Shown here: piece after piece, positions 50,826 to 63,465 of the stretch | How the letters are laid out: each line of letters begins with the position of its first letter | Numbering within the stretch: the first letter of the stretch is position 1 | From: Octopus sinensis | Lineage: Eukaryota | Direction of reading: 5' to 3' | NCBI RefSeq assembly: GCF_006345805.1 | Contig: NC_043006.1 | Span: forward strand, 20,274,001 to 20,338,000 | Length of the DNA stretch: 64,000 nt | Made by a program: the position numbers and the translations under genes | The notes under the pieces: model-generated | What the model saw: the letters and a program-made list of their open reading frames with translations, nothing else | Database searches by the model: none | Told to the model about the DNA's origin: nothing

Positions 50826-51121
50826 TCATCATCATTTAGCGTCCGCTTTCCATGCTAGCATGGGTTGGACGGTTCAACTGGGGTCTGTGAAGCCGGAAGG
50901 CCGCATCAGGCCCAGTCTGATCTGGCAGTGTTTCTACGGCTGGATGCCCTTCCTAACGCCAACCACTCCGTGAGTGTAGTGGGTGCTTTTTACGTGCCAC
51001 CCGCATAGGTGCCAGACGGAGCTGGCAAACGGCCACGAACGGATGGTGCTTTTATGTGCCACCGGCACGGGGGCCAGGCGAGGCTGGCAAACGGACACGA
51101 ACGGATGGTGCTTTTACGTGG
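50826..51121 (-). mobile_element. Retroposon family C copy ending ~35 nt from a MAST splice donor
   Basis: Tail, core and 2.5 units. Confidence 0.88.
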
Positions 51122-51157
51122 ACTGTAATATCACTGGCCAAGCATTGGTGAACTAAC

Positions 51158-51336
51158 CTTTGGAAGGAGGAATATCGGCGTCACATGCAGTCGAGATAGA
51201 GAATTTGGGTATCTGTTGCTGCTGCTGCTGCTGTTGTTGTGGTGGCTGTTGCTGGGTTTGTGGCGTGGTTGACGACAAGGAAGACTTTGTTGTGCTCGTA
51301 GTCTTTTCTGTCTCGCAAACCTGAGCTGGCTGTTCA
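51158..51336 (-). CDS. MAST: MAST exon (Gln/Thr-rich linker)
   Basis: TTACAG acceptor and GTTAGT donor, 179 nt, phase 2 to 1, fitting both neighbours. EQPAQ...QQQPPQQQQQQQQQIPKFSIS. Confidence 0.85.
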
Positions 51337-51502
51337 CTGTAAGAACAAAAGAAAACAGAAAGAGATTAAAACCCAGCAAACACACACACAAAACAAGAAA
51401 ACATATATATATATTGGAAGGTTTGGAGATGATGTACAGATATTTTATATTAGAAGAAATGAGGTACTCAGAAATTTGGATGGTTTTATATTTACAGATA
51501 TT

Positions 51503-51672
51503 TATTTGTATATTACATGTTTTTTACACATCATATAACTTAGATCATATATTAGCGCTTTCTCCCATTCTAGTGGGGCTTTAGTTCGATTTGAAAACCC
51601 CACTAGAATGGGAGAAAGCGGTAATATATGATCTAAGTTATATGATGTATAAAAACATGTAATATACAAATA
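51503..51672. repeat. ~170-bp near-perfect palindrome
   Basis: Arms of ~76 bp around a short AT-rich spacer, followed by (TA)n. Confidence 0.92.
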
Positions 51673-51721
<49 letters not shown>

Positions 51722-52399
51722 AACACATTATATAAGTGATCAAAAGAACATACTATAAGAATATCTATAACAAAACAACTACAACATCTGTTTAATAATG
51801 CCACAGCTAATGTTTAAGAGACAAGAAATTCATTTTGTAAAATGTAGTTAATTATTTATCAAAAATTAATTCAAAAGAAAGCTCTCGTTTAACTGTTTTA
51901 TAACACACACACACATGTTAACACAAACATGTACACATAGAGACCTAAATTTTAAGCTGTTGTTAACAAGTTCAACTGTTGATGAAAATAGTAATAATAA
52001 TTGTTTTTGTTTAGGCACAAGGACTTGAATTTGTAGGGAGGGAGAGGGTCAGTCAATGAAATCATCCCTTGTACTTGATTGGTACTTTATTTATCAACCC
52101 CAAAAGGATGAAAGGCAAAAGTGAACTCAGAACATGGAGGGCCTGAACAGAAGCTACAAGGCATTTCGTTTGATGCTCAACTTATTCTGCCAACCAACCT
52201 GATTATTGTTTTGTAGGGTTGGTGTGGGAGGCCACATCTGGCCATTTTGACCATAGAATAGGTAGAATAATTTGGGTTGGATATGACTTGTTTAAATACT
52301 AAAGGATTAAACAATGGTTGTAGGCATAAGGCCAGCAATTTAGAAATGTGGGGAGGGGGGTTAACTGATTACACCAATCCCCATTGCTTGACTGGTATT

Positions 52400-52623
52400 G
52401 AGCTGGCAGAAACGTTAGCACGCCAGGCGAAATGCGTAGCAGTATTTCGTCTGCGTTACATTGTGAGTTCAAATTCCGCCGAGGTCGACTTTGCCTTTCA
52501 TCCTTTCGGGGTCGATAAATTAAGTACCAGTTACGCACTGGGGTCGATGTAATCGACTTAATACCTATGTCTGTCCTTGTTTGTCCCCTCTGTGTTTTAG
52601 CCCCTTGTGGGTAATAAAGAAAT
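52400..52623 (+). mobile_element. SINE family B nested antisense in an older B-like relic
   Basis: TGGTATT on both sides. The host element continues on both sides. Confidence 0.85.
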
Positions 52624-53002
52624 TGGTATTTTATTTCATCCATCAAAAAAGGATGAAATGTGAAGTTAACCTCAGTGGGATTTGAACTCAGAACGTAAAT
52701 AGCCAAAACAAATTCAGCAAGGTATTTTGATCAATGTTCTAGCAATTTTGTCAATTCAACACACACACACACAATAGAGAAAGCAAAAGCAAAGTGAAGG
52801 AGTCTTTTGTTAAACAGCAAAATCTCAACAGACAGAAAATATCAAGGAAGATAACTGTGGATGTAGAAAACTGATGGTTAAAAGCCAACAACTAATGAAG
52901 CAGATTCACCAAGAAAAATTGTTGGTTTAAAATGAAGAAGCAATCTGATTCATCAACAAGAAAAATTATTGGTTTATAATAGAAATAAACAACAAACATT
53001 AA

Positions 53003-53225
53003 CCCTTTCGTTACTGAATTTATTTTGAGATGCTCAGTGTTTCTTCCAATTATGTTAAATATAACAAAGAATTAAGTAAAATAACATCGTTATCATTAAG
53101 CTAGAGTTAGGGACATAAATTGTGACTAAGGTTTGGTGGAAGATTTTTCATTCAGAACTTTTGAAAAACCAGACATTTGTAGTAAAGAGCCAGAGCTGGT
53201 TTCAGCCGGGTTGGTAACGAAAGGG
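53003..53225. mobile_element. piggyBac-like MITE, family 2
   Basis: TTAA on both sides (52999-53002, 53226-53229). Perfect 12-bp TIR CCCTTTCGTTAC. Confidence 0.85.
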
Positions 53226-53757
53226 TTAAATAAATATAACAAAACTAGCGGCCCACAGAGATGCAACGAAAAGATAAAAAAATTCATGGTCAAACAGAAA
53301 ATATTAATGCATAAATTTTGAAGCCAATTTTTCTTCAATAAACTAGAATTTTGCTTAGATGTTACTGCTAAGATAGAAAACACACAGAAAAGTAAAAGCT
53401 TAAGAAGAGGCAAACACAGAAAAAAATTGCATATTCTTGAATGGCTACAGGGGATGCAATGATTCTTTTCCATGGCAACAACAGATATAGGGAACGATAG
53501 TGCTTACATAGAGCTGATGATACCAGTTTTATACGAAAGTAAACTCCACTGACTTCAGATCTCACAAAAATAAAAGATAAGCATTTCAGAATCACTTGAA
53601 GACGAAAAGTAAATTCACTACAGTGTATTTACGACATAAATTATAATATATAAATATAATACTCTATTGAAATTGAGATTTTTTTTTCAATGATCAAATT
53701 ACAGAGTATTTTCTTTAATATTTTTAATATGCTTCTACTTAAATATATTAATATATA

Positions 53758-54250
53758 GGCACAGGAGTGGCTGTGTGGTATGAAGCTTGTTACCCAACCA
53801 CATGGTTCCGGATTCAGTCCCACTGTGTGGCACCTTGGGCAAGTGTCTTTCACTATAGCCTTAGGCTGACCGAAGCCTTATGAGTGGATTTGGTAGCCAG
53901 AAACTGAAAAGAAGCCTGTCGAGTGTATGTATGTGTATATATATATCATCATCATCATTTAGCGTCCGTTTTCCATGCTAGCATGGGTTGGACGGTTCAA
54001 CTGGGGTCTGGGGAGCCCGAAGGCTGCACCAGGCCAGTCATATATCTGTACATATTTGTGTGTCTTCGTTTGTCCCCACCACCATTGTTTGACAACCGAT
54101 GCTGGTGTGTTTATGTGCCTGTCACTTAGCAGTTCGGCAAAAGAAACTGCTAGAATAAGTATTAAGCTAACAAAGAATAAGTCCAGGGGTTGTTTCTTTG
54201 ACTACAGACAGTGCTCCAGCACAGCCACAGTCAAATGACTGAAACAAGAA
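53758..54250 (+). mobile_element. SINE family A with a family C 3' fragment in its central microsatellite
   Basis: Family A halves separated by a reversed family C tail fragment (~53945-54035). Confidence 0.8.
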
Positions 54251-54251
54251 G

Positions 54252-54282
<31 letters not shown>

Positions 54283-54677
54283 TCACAGATGTATATATAT
54301 GCATATACACATGTATGTATACACATACATACACAAACATATATAAGAAAGATTAAATATGTATATAAAACCCTTCAGTTTTCTCAAGATATCTTTCGTT
54401 TTCAATAAATTCATTGTAATCAATGAAAATTATCAAAAAAAACTTATCAAATATTTAATTATCAACAAATTTTATAACACAGAAACTAAAATTTGGACAA
54501 ATGAATTATGGATTTTAAAATATTTCAAGGTAAAGATAATTATGGAGCTGAATCTGTAATACTTTTTCTCAAAGAGTTGGGAGAAGAAATTTAGATGGAA
54601 AGGATTGGTGGGGTGTGCATGGGAAGAGATGGAAGCATGAAGCTGGCAGAGACAATAGCAGCAGCAGACTAACGTAC

Positions 54678-54928
54678 CAATCTATGGCAGCAGTAAAGAT
54701 ATCATCATCTCGCAGTGTGAGTTCTAACCTGCTACTGGAACTGGATATGTCTAGCAGACTGTCTCCATAACTGCTCCCTGTACTGTTAATTCGGAGGACA
54801 CGTTGTACTTCTATTGAGCTCTCGGAACTTTCTGACTGATTGGAATCTTTCCGGTCAAGAACCTGTTTCTCCAGCAAACGTGTTCGAATTTCATCCGAGC
54901 TGGAGTGTCGCCTTCGATCTTTCCGCTC
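54678..54928 (-). CDS. MAST: MAST exon (Ser-rich linker)
   Basis: CTTGTAG acceptor and GTACGT donor, 251 nt, phase 0 to 2, open. ERKDRRRHSSSDE...FTAAID. Confidence 0.85.
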
Positions 54929-55905
54929 CTACAAGAATAGTTATAAAAGACACAAATTCATGAAAAAAACAAAAAAAAAAACAATACAAATAAAATGCTT
55001 ATTAAACATTACAAAAATAAAATCTAATCAGATAACAACAGATGGAAATAGGGAAAAGTGAATGAAGTCATCGTCATCATCATTTAAGGTCTTTGTTCCA
55101 TCCTGGCATGAATTGGATAGTTTGACAGCCAGATGTCCTTCCTAATGCCAACCACTTCATAATGTTTGCAGGATGTTTTACTCAAGCCATCAGCATTAGT
55201 GAGGTAGCTATGTAGCTTGCAAGACTACAAACTCTTAGAGAGATGGCGTTAAGTGCAATGATGAGGGGGTTCAAGTAAGCGAGAAGAGGCTAGAAGAAAA
55301 TAGATCTCTTGTTGTAGAGGGATCACAAGGCTATTTTGCTTACATTTTAGAAGAGGCCGGATGGGAAAGTATTAGGATGGGGGAAGGGAAGAGATAAAAA
55401 TAGCAGTGATGAGGCACCTGTATGCACCTTCATGATACAAGGCAAGTAGAACTGAATGAAGACAGAAGAACTATGAGTGTGAAGATTGTATGAGTAAACG
55501 GGAGAGTGATAGATAGGAAATGGGTGAGGTGGCGAAGATAATGAATGAAGAAGAACTATGAATGAATAGGAGGTAGGGAAGAGGAGGGGTGACATGATGA
55601 TGATGATGATGATGATGCTGAAGTGAGTAAGAAAGTAAAAGGTGTTCATAAATGATTTGAGATTCACCAATTCTAACAAGAAAAACAAAATATTTCCCTT
55701 GGGTCCCAAGATTTCTTTTGTTCCATTTGAAATATCTAACTTTATTTCGTACAGTTGAAAACAGAGGAAATAGTAGTAATGTTTATAACCAGTGATTATA
55801 TAACTATACAGGAAACAGGTAAAAGGTTAAATCCTTAAATTATTCAATGATGTAGTTGTCCTGGTTGGCGGATGAAGGAAAGTTGAAATATTGAACATTG
55901 CTTAC

Positions 55906-56045
55906 CTCTTGAGAATCCTCCAGTTTCAAACTGAGTTTGTTGTACCGTGGAGAACAAGATGAGAAGCTGTGAAACATGATGTCATCCGTATCATCTTCCG
56001 TGTCCTCAGTTTCCAGGTCAGGGTGGCTATAGCGGTCAGTTCGGG
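55906..56045 (-). CDS. MAST: MAST exon (end of AGC C-terminal tail)
   Basis: CTAG acceptor and GTAAGC donor, 140 nt. TRTDRYSH...FHSFSSCSPRYNK. Confidence 0.95.
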
Positions 56046-56169
56046 CTAGAAAAGAAGAAGAACAACAACAGCTGATTAAACCATCCACAACTATATTTAA
56101 CATATACTGGATAACTCCAAACTAAACATCTGGTACTAACTAAATAATATAGATAGATAGATATTAAAA

Positions 56170-56404
56170 GGCGGCGAGCTGGCAGAAACATTAGCACGCC
56201 GGGCGAAATGGTTTGCGGTATTTCGTCTGCCGTAACGTTCTGAGTTCAAATTCCGCCGAGGTCGATTTTGCCTTTCATCCTTTCGGGGGTCGATAAATTA
56301 AGTACCAGTTACACACTGGGGTCGATGTAATCGGCTTAATCCCTTTGACTGTCCTTGTTTGTACCCTCCATGTTTAGCCCCTTGTGGGCAGTAAAGAAAT
56401 AAAT
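56170..56404 (+). mobile_element. SINE family B, full-length
   Basis: Head, central domain and tail. Confidence 0.9.
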
Positions 56405-56676
56405 ATAGATAGATATGTATGTGTGTGAGTGTGTAGCCTTGATATCATGTGATAGCACATGATAGTTGTGAATGAGTGTCATGGCCCTTTGTTTCCAATC
56501 TTCCAAGACATGCCTGGTCATGGGTAAATATTATCTTGCTTAGAAACAGATAAGTGTTGGCAGCAGGAAGAGCATCCAGCAGTAGAAAATCTGCCTCAAA
56601 TTCCGTCAGACCCATCTAAGCATAGAAAAGCAGGTGTTAAATGATGAGGATGATGATGAAAGTGTCAACTACTCAC

Positions 56677-56904
56677 TATCAAAGTAGCTTGTGTCCTCTT
56701 CACTGTCTAATTGTGGAACAAACTCAGCTTTCTGCCGTAACAATCCATCCCAGTCTACACTCTGGAAGAATTCATGTTCTTTCACTTGGTGGGCACCACC
56801 AGAGCCAATACGCTCCCTTGGATTATTCCTGAGCAGTTGAGTTATTAAATCTTTAGCTTCATCCTGCACTTTCAATTCTTTCTCTGGTGGCCATTCAAAT
56901 TGTT
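56677..56904 (-). CDS. MAST: MAST exon (kinase subdomains X-XI, AGC C-tail)
   Basis: TTTCAG acceptor and GTGAGT donor, 228 nt. WPPE...DWDGLLRQKAEFVPQLDSEEDTSYFD. Confidence 0.97.
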
Positions 56905-58345
56905 CTGAAATAGATTATGAAACAGGAAATAATTAGATGGTTTATAAATATTTACGAATAGGCGCAGGAGTGGCTGTGTGGTAAGAACTGACTAAACCTC
57001 CATACTGCAAAATTACTGGTCTTGTGCCAAAGTTAGAAATAGCTGTTACTAATGTGACCCATGGGGTAGTGGTGGTGGTGGTGGATGAAATGTAAAGTTG
57101 ATCCTGGCAAAATTTGAAATCAGCCATGGACAAAATGAACAAAAATCAATCAATCAATATTTTATTCGTGTCATAAAAGTATGATAGCTGGGGTCAATGT
57201 TTTGATTATTTGGTGAGCTGATATAACTACAGGTGTCATTAACTGTATTTAATTGAGCTGATACATCTGTAGAAGGTATTATTAACCCTATTTAATTGGA
57301 GAAGAGGTATTGTGAGAATCATGCTATCCCAGGGACATCATCAATATAACTGAAATAATTATATGCAAAGAAATTTGCTGGATTCTTTAATAACCAGCGA
57401 TGATGCCCCAGCATGGCCACGGCCTTCGGGCTAAAACATTTTTAAGGATTTTAAGGACTTCTAAACTACTGTCAATACTGATAGGAAAAGGAAGCACAGA
57501 GGTAGCTGTGAGGTTAAGAAGCTTGCTTCCGACCCATGTGGTTTCAAGTTCGGTTCCAATGTGCAGTTACTTGGTAAATTTTTTCTCCTGTAGCTCCAGG
57601 TTGATCAAAGCTTTGTAAGTAGATGTGTGCGATAGATGGAAACTGAAAGAAGCCCATCATATGTGCGTGTGTGTGTGCGCCCTTGTCTAGGAGTCATGTG
57701 TTGGTTGTCAACAAGCTTCAATGCCATTCAGGCTATGTTGTTTGTTTCCAAATTTCTATGGAAAAACATATCTAACCACAGAGAAATATTACCTGACTTG
57801 GAAACAGTGACTGCTAGCAAGAAAAAGGGCATCCAGCCACAAAAATTCTGCCTCAATGAATTCCATTCAATTCAAGGAAGAATAGAGGAGCGGATGCTTA
57901 AAGCAATGTTGATGATGAGGCACGGATATTGTAAATCTCAGAGGAATAGTTAACAAAAATAATGACAACTAACTATACATACATATATATGTCTGTTGTT
58001 CCCTCTTTCTTAAGGTATTAACCATTTAGCATTTACCCAACCCAAATATGCCACTTGTTATATGTTGTAACCAGCCAGATGCAGCCTATCACACTTACCC
58101 AGCAATGCCCTTCTAAAAATATACAATCACATCATCAAAATTTCAAAGCTATGAGATAATACAGGATGAACTAGAAACAAGGTAGATTAAAAAGCATTAC
58201 ATTTGACAGTATAATCTGAATGTTAAAGAGTTAAAGATTTCAATAGCTAGATTACCGAGTAATTTGATCATGCGACTCCCTGACATGTAACTAAAATTCT
58301 CAACTATGAAAAAAAACGGAACAAAAGATAGTATTGAGAACATAC

Positions 58346-58456
58346 CATTGATGACTTGGGAAAAGAGGATTTCTGGTGTTTTCCCGAAAAAAGGAACATA
58401 TCCAGTTAGAAACTCGAACAGGATTATCCCCATTGACCACCAATCAACAGGTTTTC
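58346..58456 (-). CDS. MAST: MAST exon (kinase subdomain IX)
   Basis: TTTCAG acceptor and GTATGT donor, 111 nt. [25 protein letters not shown]. Confidence 0.97.
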
Positions 58457-59127
58457 CTGAAATAAAAGAAACAAAAAACAATTCTAATTAAAGAACAGTA
58501 AAAAAAAAAACCCATTTCTTTGACAAAAGAAGAAACGGGACATGTAATTAGGGATAAAGGTGAAAGTTTTTATAAACCTATATGATGCAAAGTAGGAAAG
58601 TGTTGTTGTTTAGCTCTGTAATCAGTCTTAATCAAGCAGATCTATGATCAAAGGTGTTTCAGTTATGATCATCCCCTCTTTCTAGGGTATTTAAGATTAT
58701 GTCATCTAATGTGTCTTTCCTTTCATAAGATGGTGCATTATGATTTGAATGAAATTTGGCTGCTACTTTTACCTAGCCAAGTGACCTTGTTGGCCTGTCA
58801 AACAAGTTTCATTAGCTAGAAGTGACGAGTTAAAATCCTCCTAAATGTTTTTGTCTTCTCCTAACAGGGGAAATGTCACGGAACCACTTGAGAGAACAAT
58901 GTAACAAGCTGTAGCATAGTATGACACTTGGTTAAGTAAAGCCAGTGGTAGTAATAGCTCTAAGTAGGCAATGGTGTTAGGAGTTCTAGTAATCAGTACA
59001 GCTAATAGTGTCGACTAAGAGGAGAAAGGAAAAAAAAAGAAAGTAAGCCGCAAAAACAAACAAAACTGTTATAATAGTTTAGTTTAAAGGATTAGTGGAG
59101 AAGTTGAAAAATTTTAATTCTACTCAC

Positions 59128-59244
59128 CATAACCTTGCCTTAAGATGACCTCAGGCGCAATGTATTCTGGAGTGCCAAATACTTGTTTGTCTTTGAACTG
59201 TTTACAGTCTTTATCAACAGCTCCTTCGTACATATTTGTAGTCA
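59128..59244 (-). CDS. MAST: MAST exon (activation segment to APE)
   Basis: CTAG acceptor and GTGAGT donor, 117 nt. TTNMYEG...[20 protein letters not shown]. Confidence 0.97.
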
Positions 59245-59877
59245 CTAGATGAAGAGATGAAAAAAAAATAGTTAGGAGTGGATTAGAAATGAGGAGCACA
59301 CAAATAAAAGAATAATAAAATTTAATCCTAAATTTCAAATTTTTTTTTGTATTTTAAAAGAATAGGAAAACTGTTTTGTTTTTTTTACACTCCCCCCCCC
59401 CCGCCATGTGTTGTTTAGATCACTACCAACATCGGTTGTTTAGATGGGGGATGTTATTTGAAACAGGTTTTTATAGCCGGATGCTCTTCCTATTGCCAGG
59501 TCATTGGAAGGGCAGAGTAACTGGTCATAATGTCAATAACGGATGCTAAAACCAACACTGATTTGCAGGGAATATAATCACATATGCACCCACATAGACA
59601 TAGTGGGCTTCCTGCAATTTCCACCTACCAAGTCTGCTCACATGGCGTTGGTTGGCCTCAGGCTGTATTGAATGCCAAAGCGCCACACAATGAAGTAGGA
59701 CCCCACTTGAAACCATATGGCTGCAAAGCATACTTCTTAACCACCACACAGTCACACCGACATTTATATATACAAAGGGGTTGCTAAAAAGTTCTTGGCT
59801 TAAAGGGTATTGCAAAAGGCCTGGTTGGAGGCCCAACTGTTTGAATTCTTTTACAGGCTATAGAAACAGCGAAGGGG

Positions 59878-60142
59878 TGTCTAACACACGTGGACATGCC
59901 TACAAAGTCAGAAAACAACACAGCTCCCATGACTTTCGGAAATATTTCTTCACGCTCAGAGTTGCTGAAGCATGGAATAAACTGCCTGCGTCAGTTGTTG
60001 ACTGCCATGACACTGCATCCTTTAAGGCCCTCATGCTTTCCGAAATCCGTCGAAACTACACCTGATTATATATGCACTTTAGATGAGTTGTAGTGCACCT
60101 GAGCATTGTACACAATGTTTATTATTATTATTATTATTATTA
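59878..60142 (+). mobile_element. LINE family D 3' end
   Basis: SNTRGHAYKVRKQH...WNKLP, short UTR, (ATT)n. Confidence 0.87.
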
Positions 60143-60709
60143 TAAATGTGTGAATGTGAGAGGGGAATTATGTTGAATAAAATCATAATTAACTGATCCT
60201 TCAGTATTGTCTTTTGCCCAAAGCCAGCAAATCTTTAGAACCGACTCGTATAGTCTTTTCTTTTATATTTAAAATATGTGATAAATTTAAATAAATTTTA
60301 GAATTTTTAAAGCATGATAAAAATATAATTTGTAAAAAATGCCTCAATAGTTGGTGCTGAAATGTCTTGGTGGTCAGAGAGAAAAGGGATAATTAGGAAG
60401 AAATGTCCAGCCTGGCTTTATAGGCTCTAACAGTGGAACTCAAAGATTATAATAAAGAATCTACTAAAAATTTTATGGTGAGAAACTGGATGTTACAATG
60501 ATGCTTTTATTAAGATTTGTATATTTTTGTAAGCTGTATATAATGTTATGGCATAACAACACAACAAATAAATTCAAAGTTAAATATACTTGAATACCAA
60601 CGAAGATTTTTTGTTACTAATTGCATTATAAGACTTTACTATATTGTTGGTGGAAATGACGACACAGACAGAAGATTTTATTAAACAAGAATGACCAATA
60701 AATACTTAC

Positions 60710-60780
60710 AGCTCATCAAACCAACTTTAGATAAACCAAAATCTGTTAGTTTTATATGTCCTGTGGCAGTGATCAACAAA
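60710..60780 (-). CDS. MAST: MAST exon (DFG motif)
   Basis: TTCCAG acceptor and GTAAGT donor, 71 nt. LLITATGHIKLTDFGLSKVGLMS. Confidence 0.97.
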
Positions 60781-62191
60781 CTGGAAAAAAAAAAGTATTT
60801 GGTGAGAGATGTGTCTAATTTTACAAACTGACTGCGGGACAATAAACCTTGAAATTTATGAGCAATAAAATAATAACTAAGACTACAGCAGCACAATCTA
60901 TAAACAGTGCCAATGTATAACTTTCTTTAGAATAGAAATTAATCTTTGTAGATTATGTAACACATAACTTAAGCTTCAATATTAAAAATGTCAATCAAAT
61001 CCTTTTGAATTGTAGAATAGCAACAAATGTAATTCCACTTATGTCAGCCTCTTGATTCATATCTAGAAATTTCTGCCATAATTTAAAATAAGTTTAAAGT
61101 CTTCAGGCATCAGATAAAGAGACACTAACAACAAGCAGGATAAAACCTGTCATCATTGTAATTATTTCTACCATTGTCAGATTGAAGTTTTGTTGATCTA
61201 ACTAAATTTAAATACAAGAATAACATCACAACAAAAAAGAACATAATCTTAATAACTGACAGGTAAGTTTAGAAGAAAAAAAAAAAATGCCATCAATATT
61301 TTATATGTAGAGAAGAAGGCAAAGAGAGCACAGATGCTCGAGTCAAACAGTAGTTAAGTTTCAGCTATGCTGAGTTTAAATATTATACTGGATCCCAACT
61401 TCTATCCTTTTACAGATCAAATAACTACCAAAAATATGTGATCAATCCTCTCATACAAAGTTTGTGAATATCATTATCATAATTTCATAACATTTTCCCA
61501 TGCTTGTATAGACTGGACCAGTTTTCCTTAGCACAACAGGCTTGCTACATGGGGTTCTTTGATACCATCTTCATGAGATTCAGTTTCCTGAGATTATCTT
61601 TCACCATTTGTTTCCATATCTCCCTTGGTCCTCCTTTGCACAGGTTTCTTCCACTTGGACCACTCAATAGTTCTTTACCAAACTGTCATCCTTTAGACAC
61701 ATCACATGTCCACACCTAGTCTTCTCTGTTGCACACAGCATCTGATTCCTCTTATACTCTCAACAGGTAAGATGTGTTAAGAATATGAATTTTAGTGTTT
61801 GTTTATAATGTTATTGTTTTTACACCTGTTAATTAAATTTACCTCCCCATAAAAGTAAAATTTAACCAGAAAGATGTAACTATAAACTACTGGCTTATAA
61901 GCACCCAGTTACAAAATTTCAAATCTGTATGTAGAAAATTAACAAAGTTAGAAGCAAATATTGTGGACACCCGCCTTGAACCTCAATAAATCAAAATTAA
62001 TGTGAACAGATAGGCATAACATTTGACAAATTAATCTGAACCCTAAAGGGTTAAACAATGAACTCATGAACTCATCCCATAACAGTTGTCCAACTGACTA
62101 GTTGAAAGAAATCTATATTTAACCAACAGTGTAGTAGAACTGCTATTGAAAAAAAAGCATCGTCATCATCGTCATGGATAAAGGATACTTA

Positions 62192-62296
<105 letters not shown>

Positions 62297-62451
62297 TCAC
62301 TACACAAAGGAGAAAAGTATAAACACTGATGTAACATTTCTTTCCACACTCTTAAAACAAAAATCATTTAAGCAAGATTGAGCGGCTGGCTTTGACTAAT
62401 AATAATGACCAGTTTGTTGGCCAGCCAGCATCACTGGCTAGCGACTAGCTA

Positions 62452-62870
62452 TACTCTTTTACTGGTTTCAGTCATCTGACTGTGGCCATGCTGGAGTACC
62501 CACCTTTAGTCGAGCAAATCGACCCCAGGACTTATTCTTTGTATAAGCCTAGTACTTATTCTATCGGTCTCTTTTGTCGAACCGCTAAGTTACGGGGACG
62601 TAAACACACCAGCATCAGTTGTCGAGCGATGTTGGGGGAACAAACACAGACATACAAACATATGCACACACACACATATATATACATATATATATATATA
62701 TATGTACGACGGGCTTCTTTCAGTTTCCATCTACCAAATCCACTCACAAGGCTTTGGTTGGCCCAAGGCTATAGTAGAAGACACTTGCCCAAAGTGCCAT
62801 GCAGTGGGACTGAACCCAGAACCATGTGGTTCATAAGCAAGCTACTTACCACACAGCCACTGCTATGCCT
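62452..62870 (-). mobile_element. SINE family A, full-length, intronic
   Basis: Reverse-complement match. Confidence 0.88.
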
Positions 62871-63067
62871 ATAGTCAACAACACTAGGTAAAGACTAACA
62901 ACACTGATCAGTTTGTTGGTTGGTTTCAACTAATAACACTGACCAATTAGCCATTGAGGGAGGTAGGTATGTGAGTAGCAATGAGAGTGATATTAGAAAT
63001 TAATAAGTGTATGTGTGTGTGTGTGGGGGGGATATATTAGGATTTAAGTAACAGCAGGGTTTTTTAC

Positions 63068-63159
63068 CTGGCAAGGTCCAAATGCAGTCCACCTGTAAAC
63101 TTCAACAGCGTAGCACAATCTCCTCCTTCCACATATTCCATTACCATACAGAAGTTTTT
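63068..63159 (-). CDS. MAST: MAST exon (kinase subdomain V, hinge)
   Basis: ATCAG acceptor and GTAAAA donor, 92 nt. [20 protein letters not shown]. Confidence 0.96.
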
Positions 63160-63240
63160 CTGATAATAATAATAATGATAATAATAATAATAATAATAAT
63201 GATAATAATAATAATAATAATAATAACAATAATAATAATA

Positions 63241-63465
63241 ATTTATTTCTTTATTGCCCACAGGGGGCTAAACATAGAGGAGACAAACAAGGACAGACAA
63301 AGGGATTAAGTCGATTACATCGACCCCAGTGCGTAACTGGTACTTAATTTATCGACCCCGAAAGGATGAAAGGCAAAGTCAACCTCGGCGGAACTTGAAC
63401 TCAGAACATAACGGCAGACGAAATACCGTGAAGCATTTCGCCCCGGAGTGCTAATGATTCTGCCA
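63241..63465 (-). mobile_element. SINE family B whose tail runs into (TTA)n up to a MAST acceptor
   Basis: Reverse-complement match. Microsatellite at 63162-63240. Confidence 0.88.

Noticed and set aside
59770-59870. Second mariner-like end (tacaaaggggttgctaaaaagtt)
   Set aside because: No matching opposite TIR or transposase remnant was found, so it is too weak to call.
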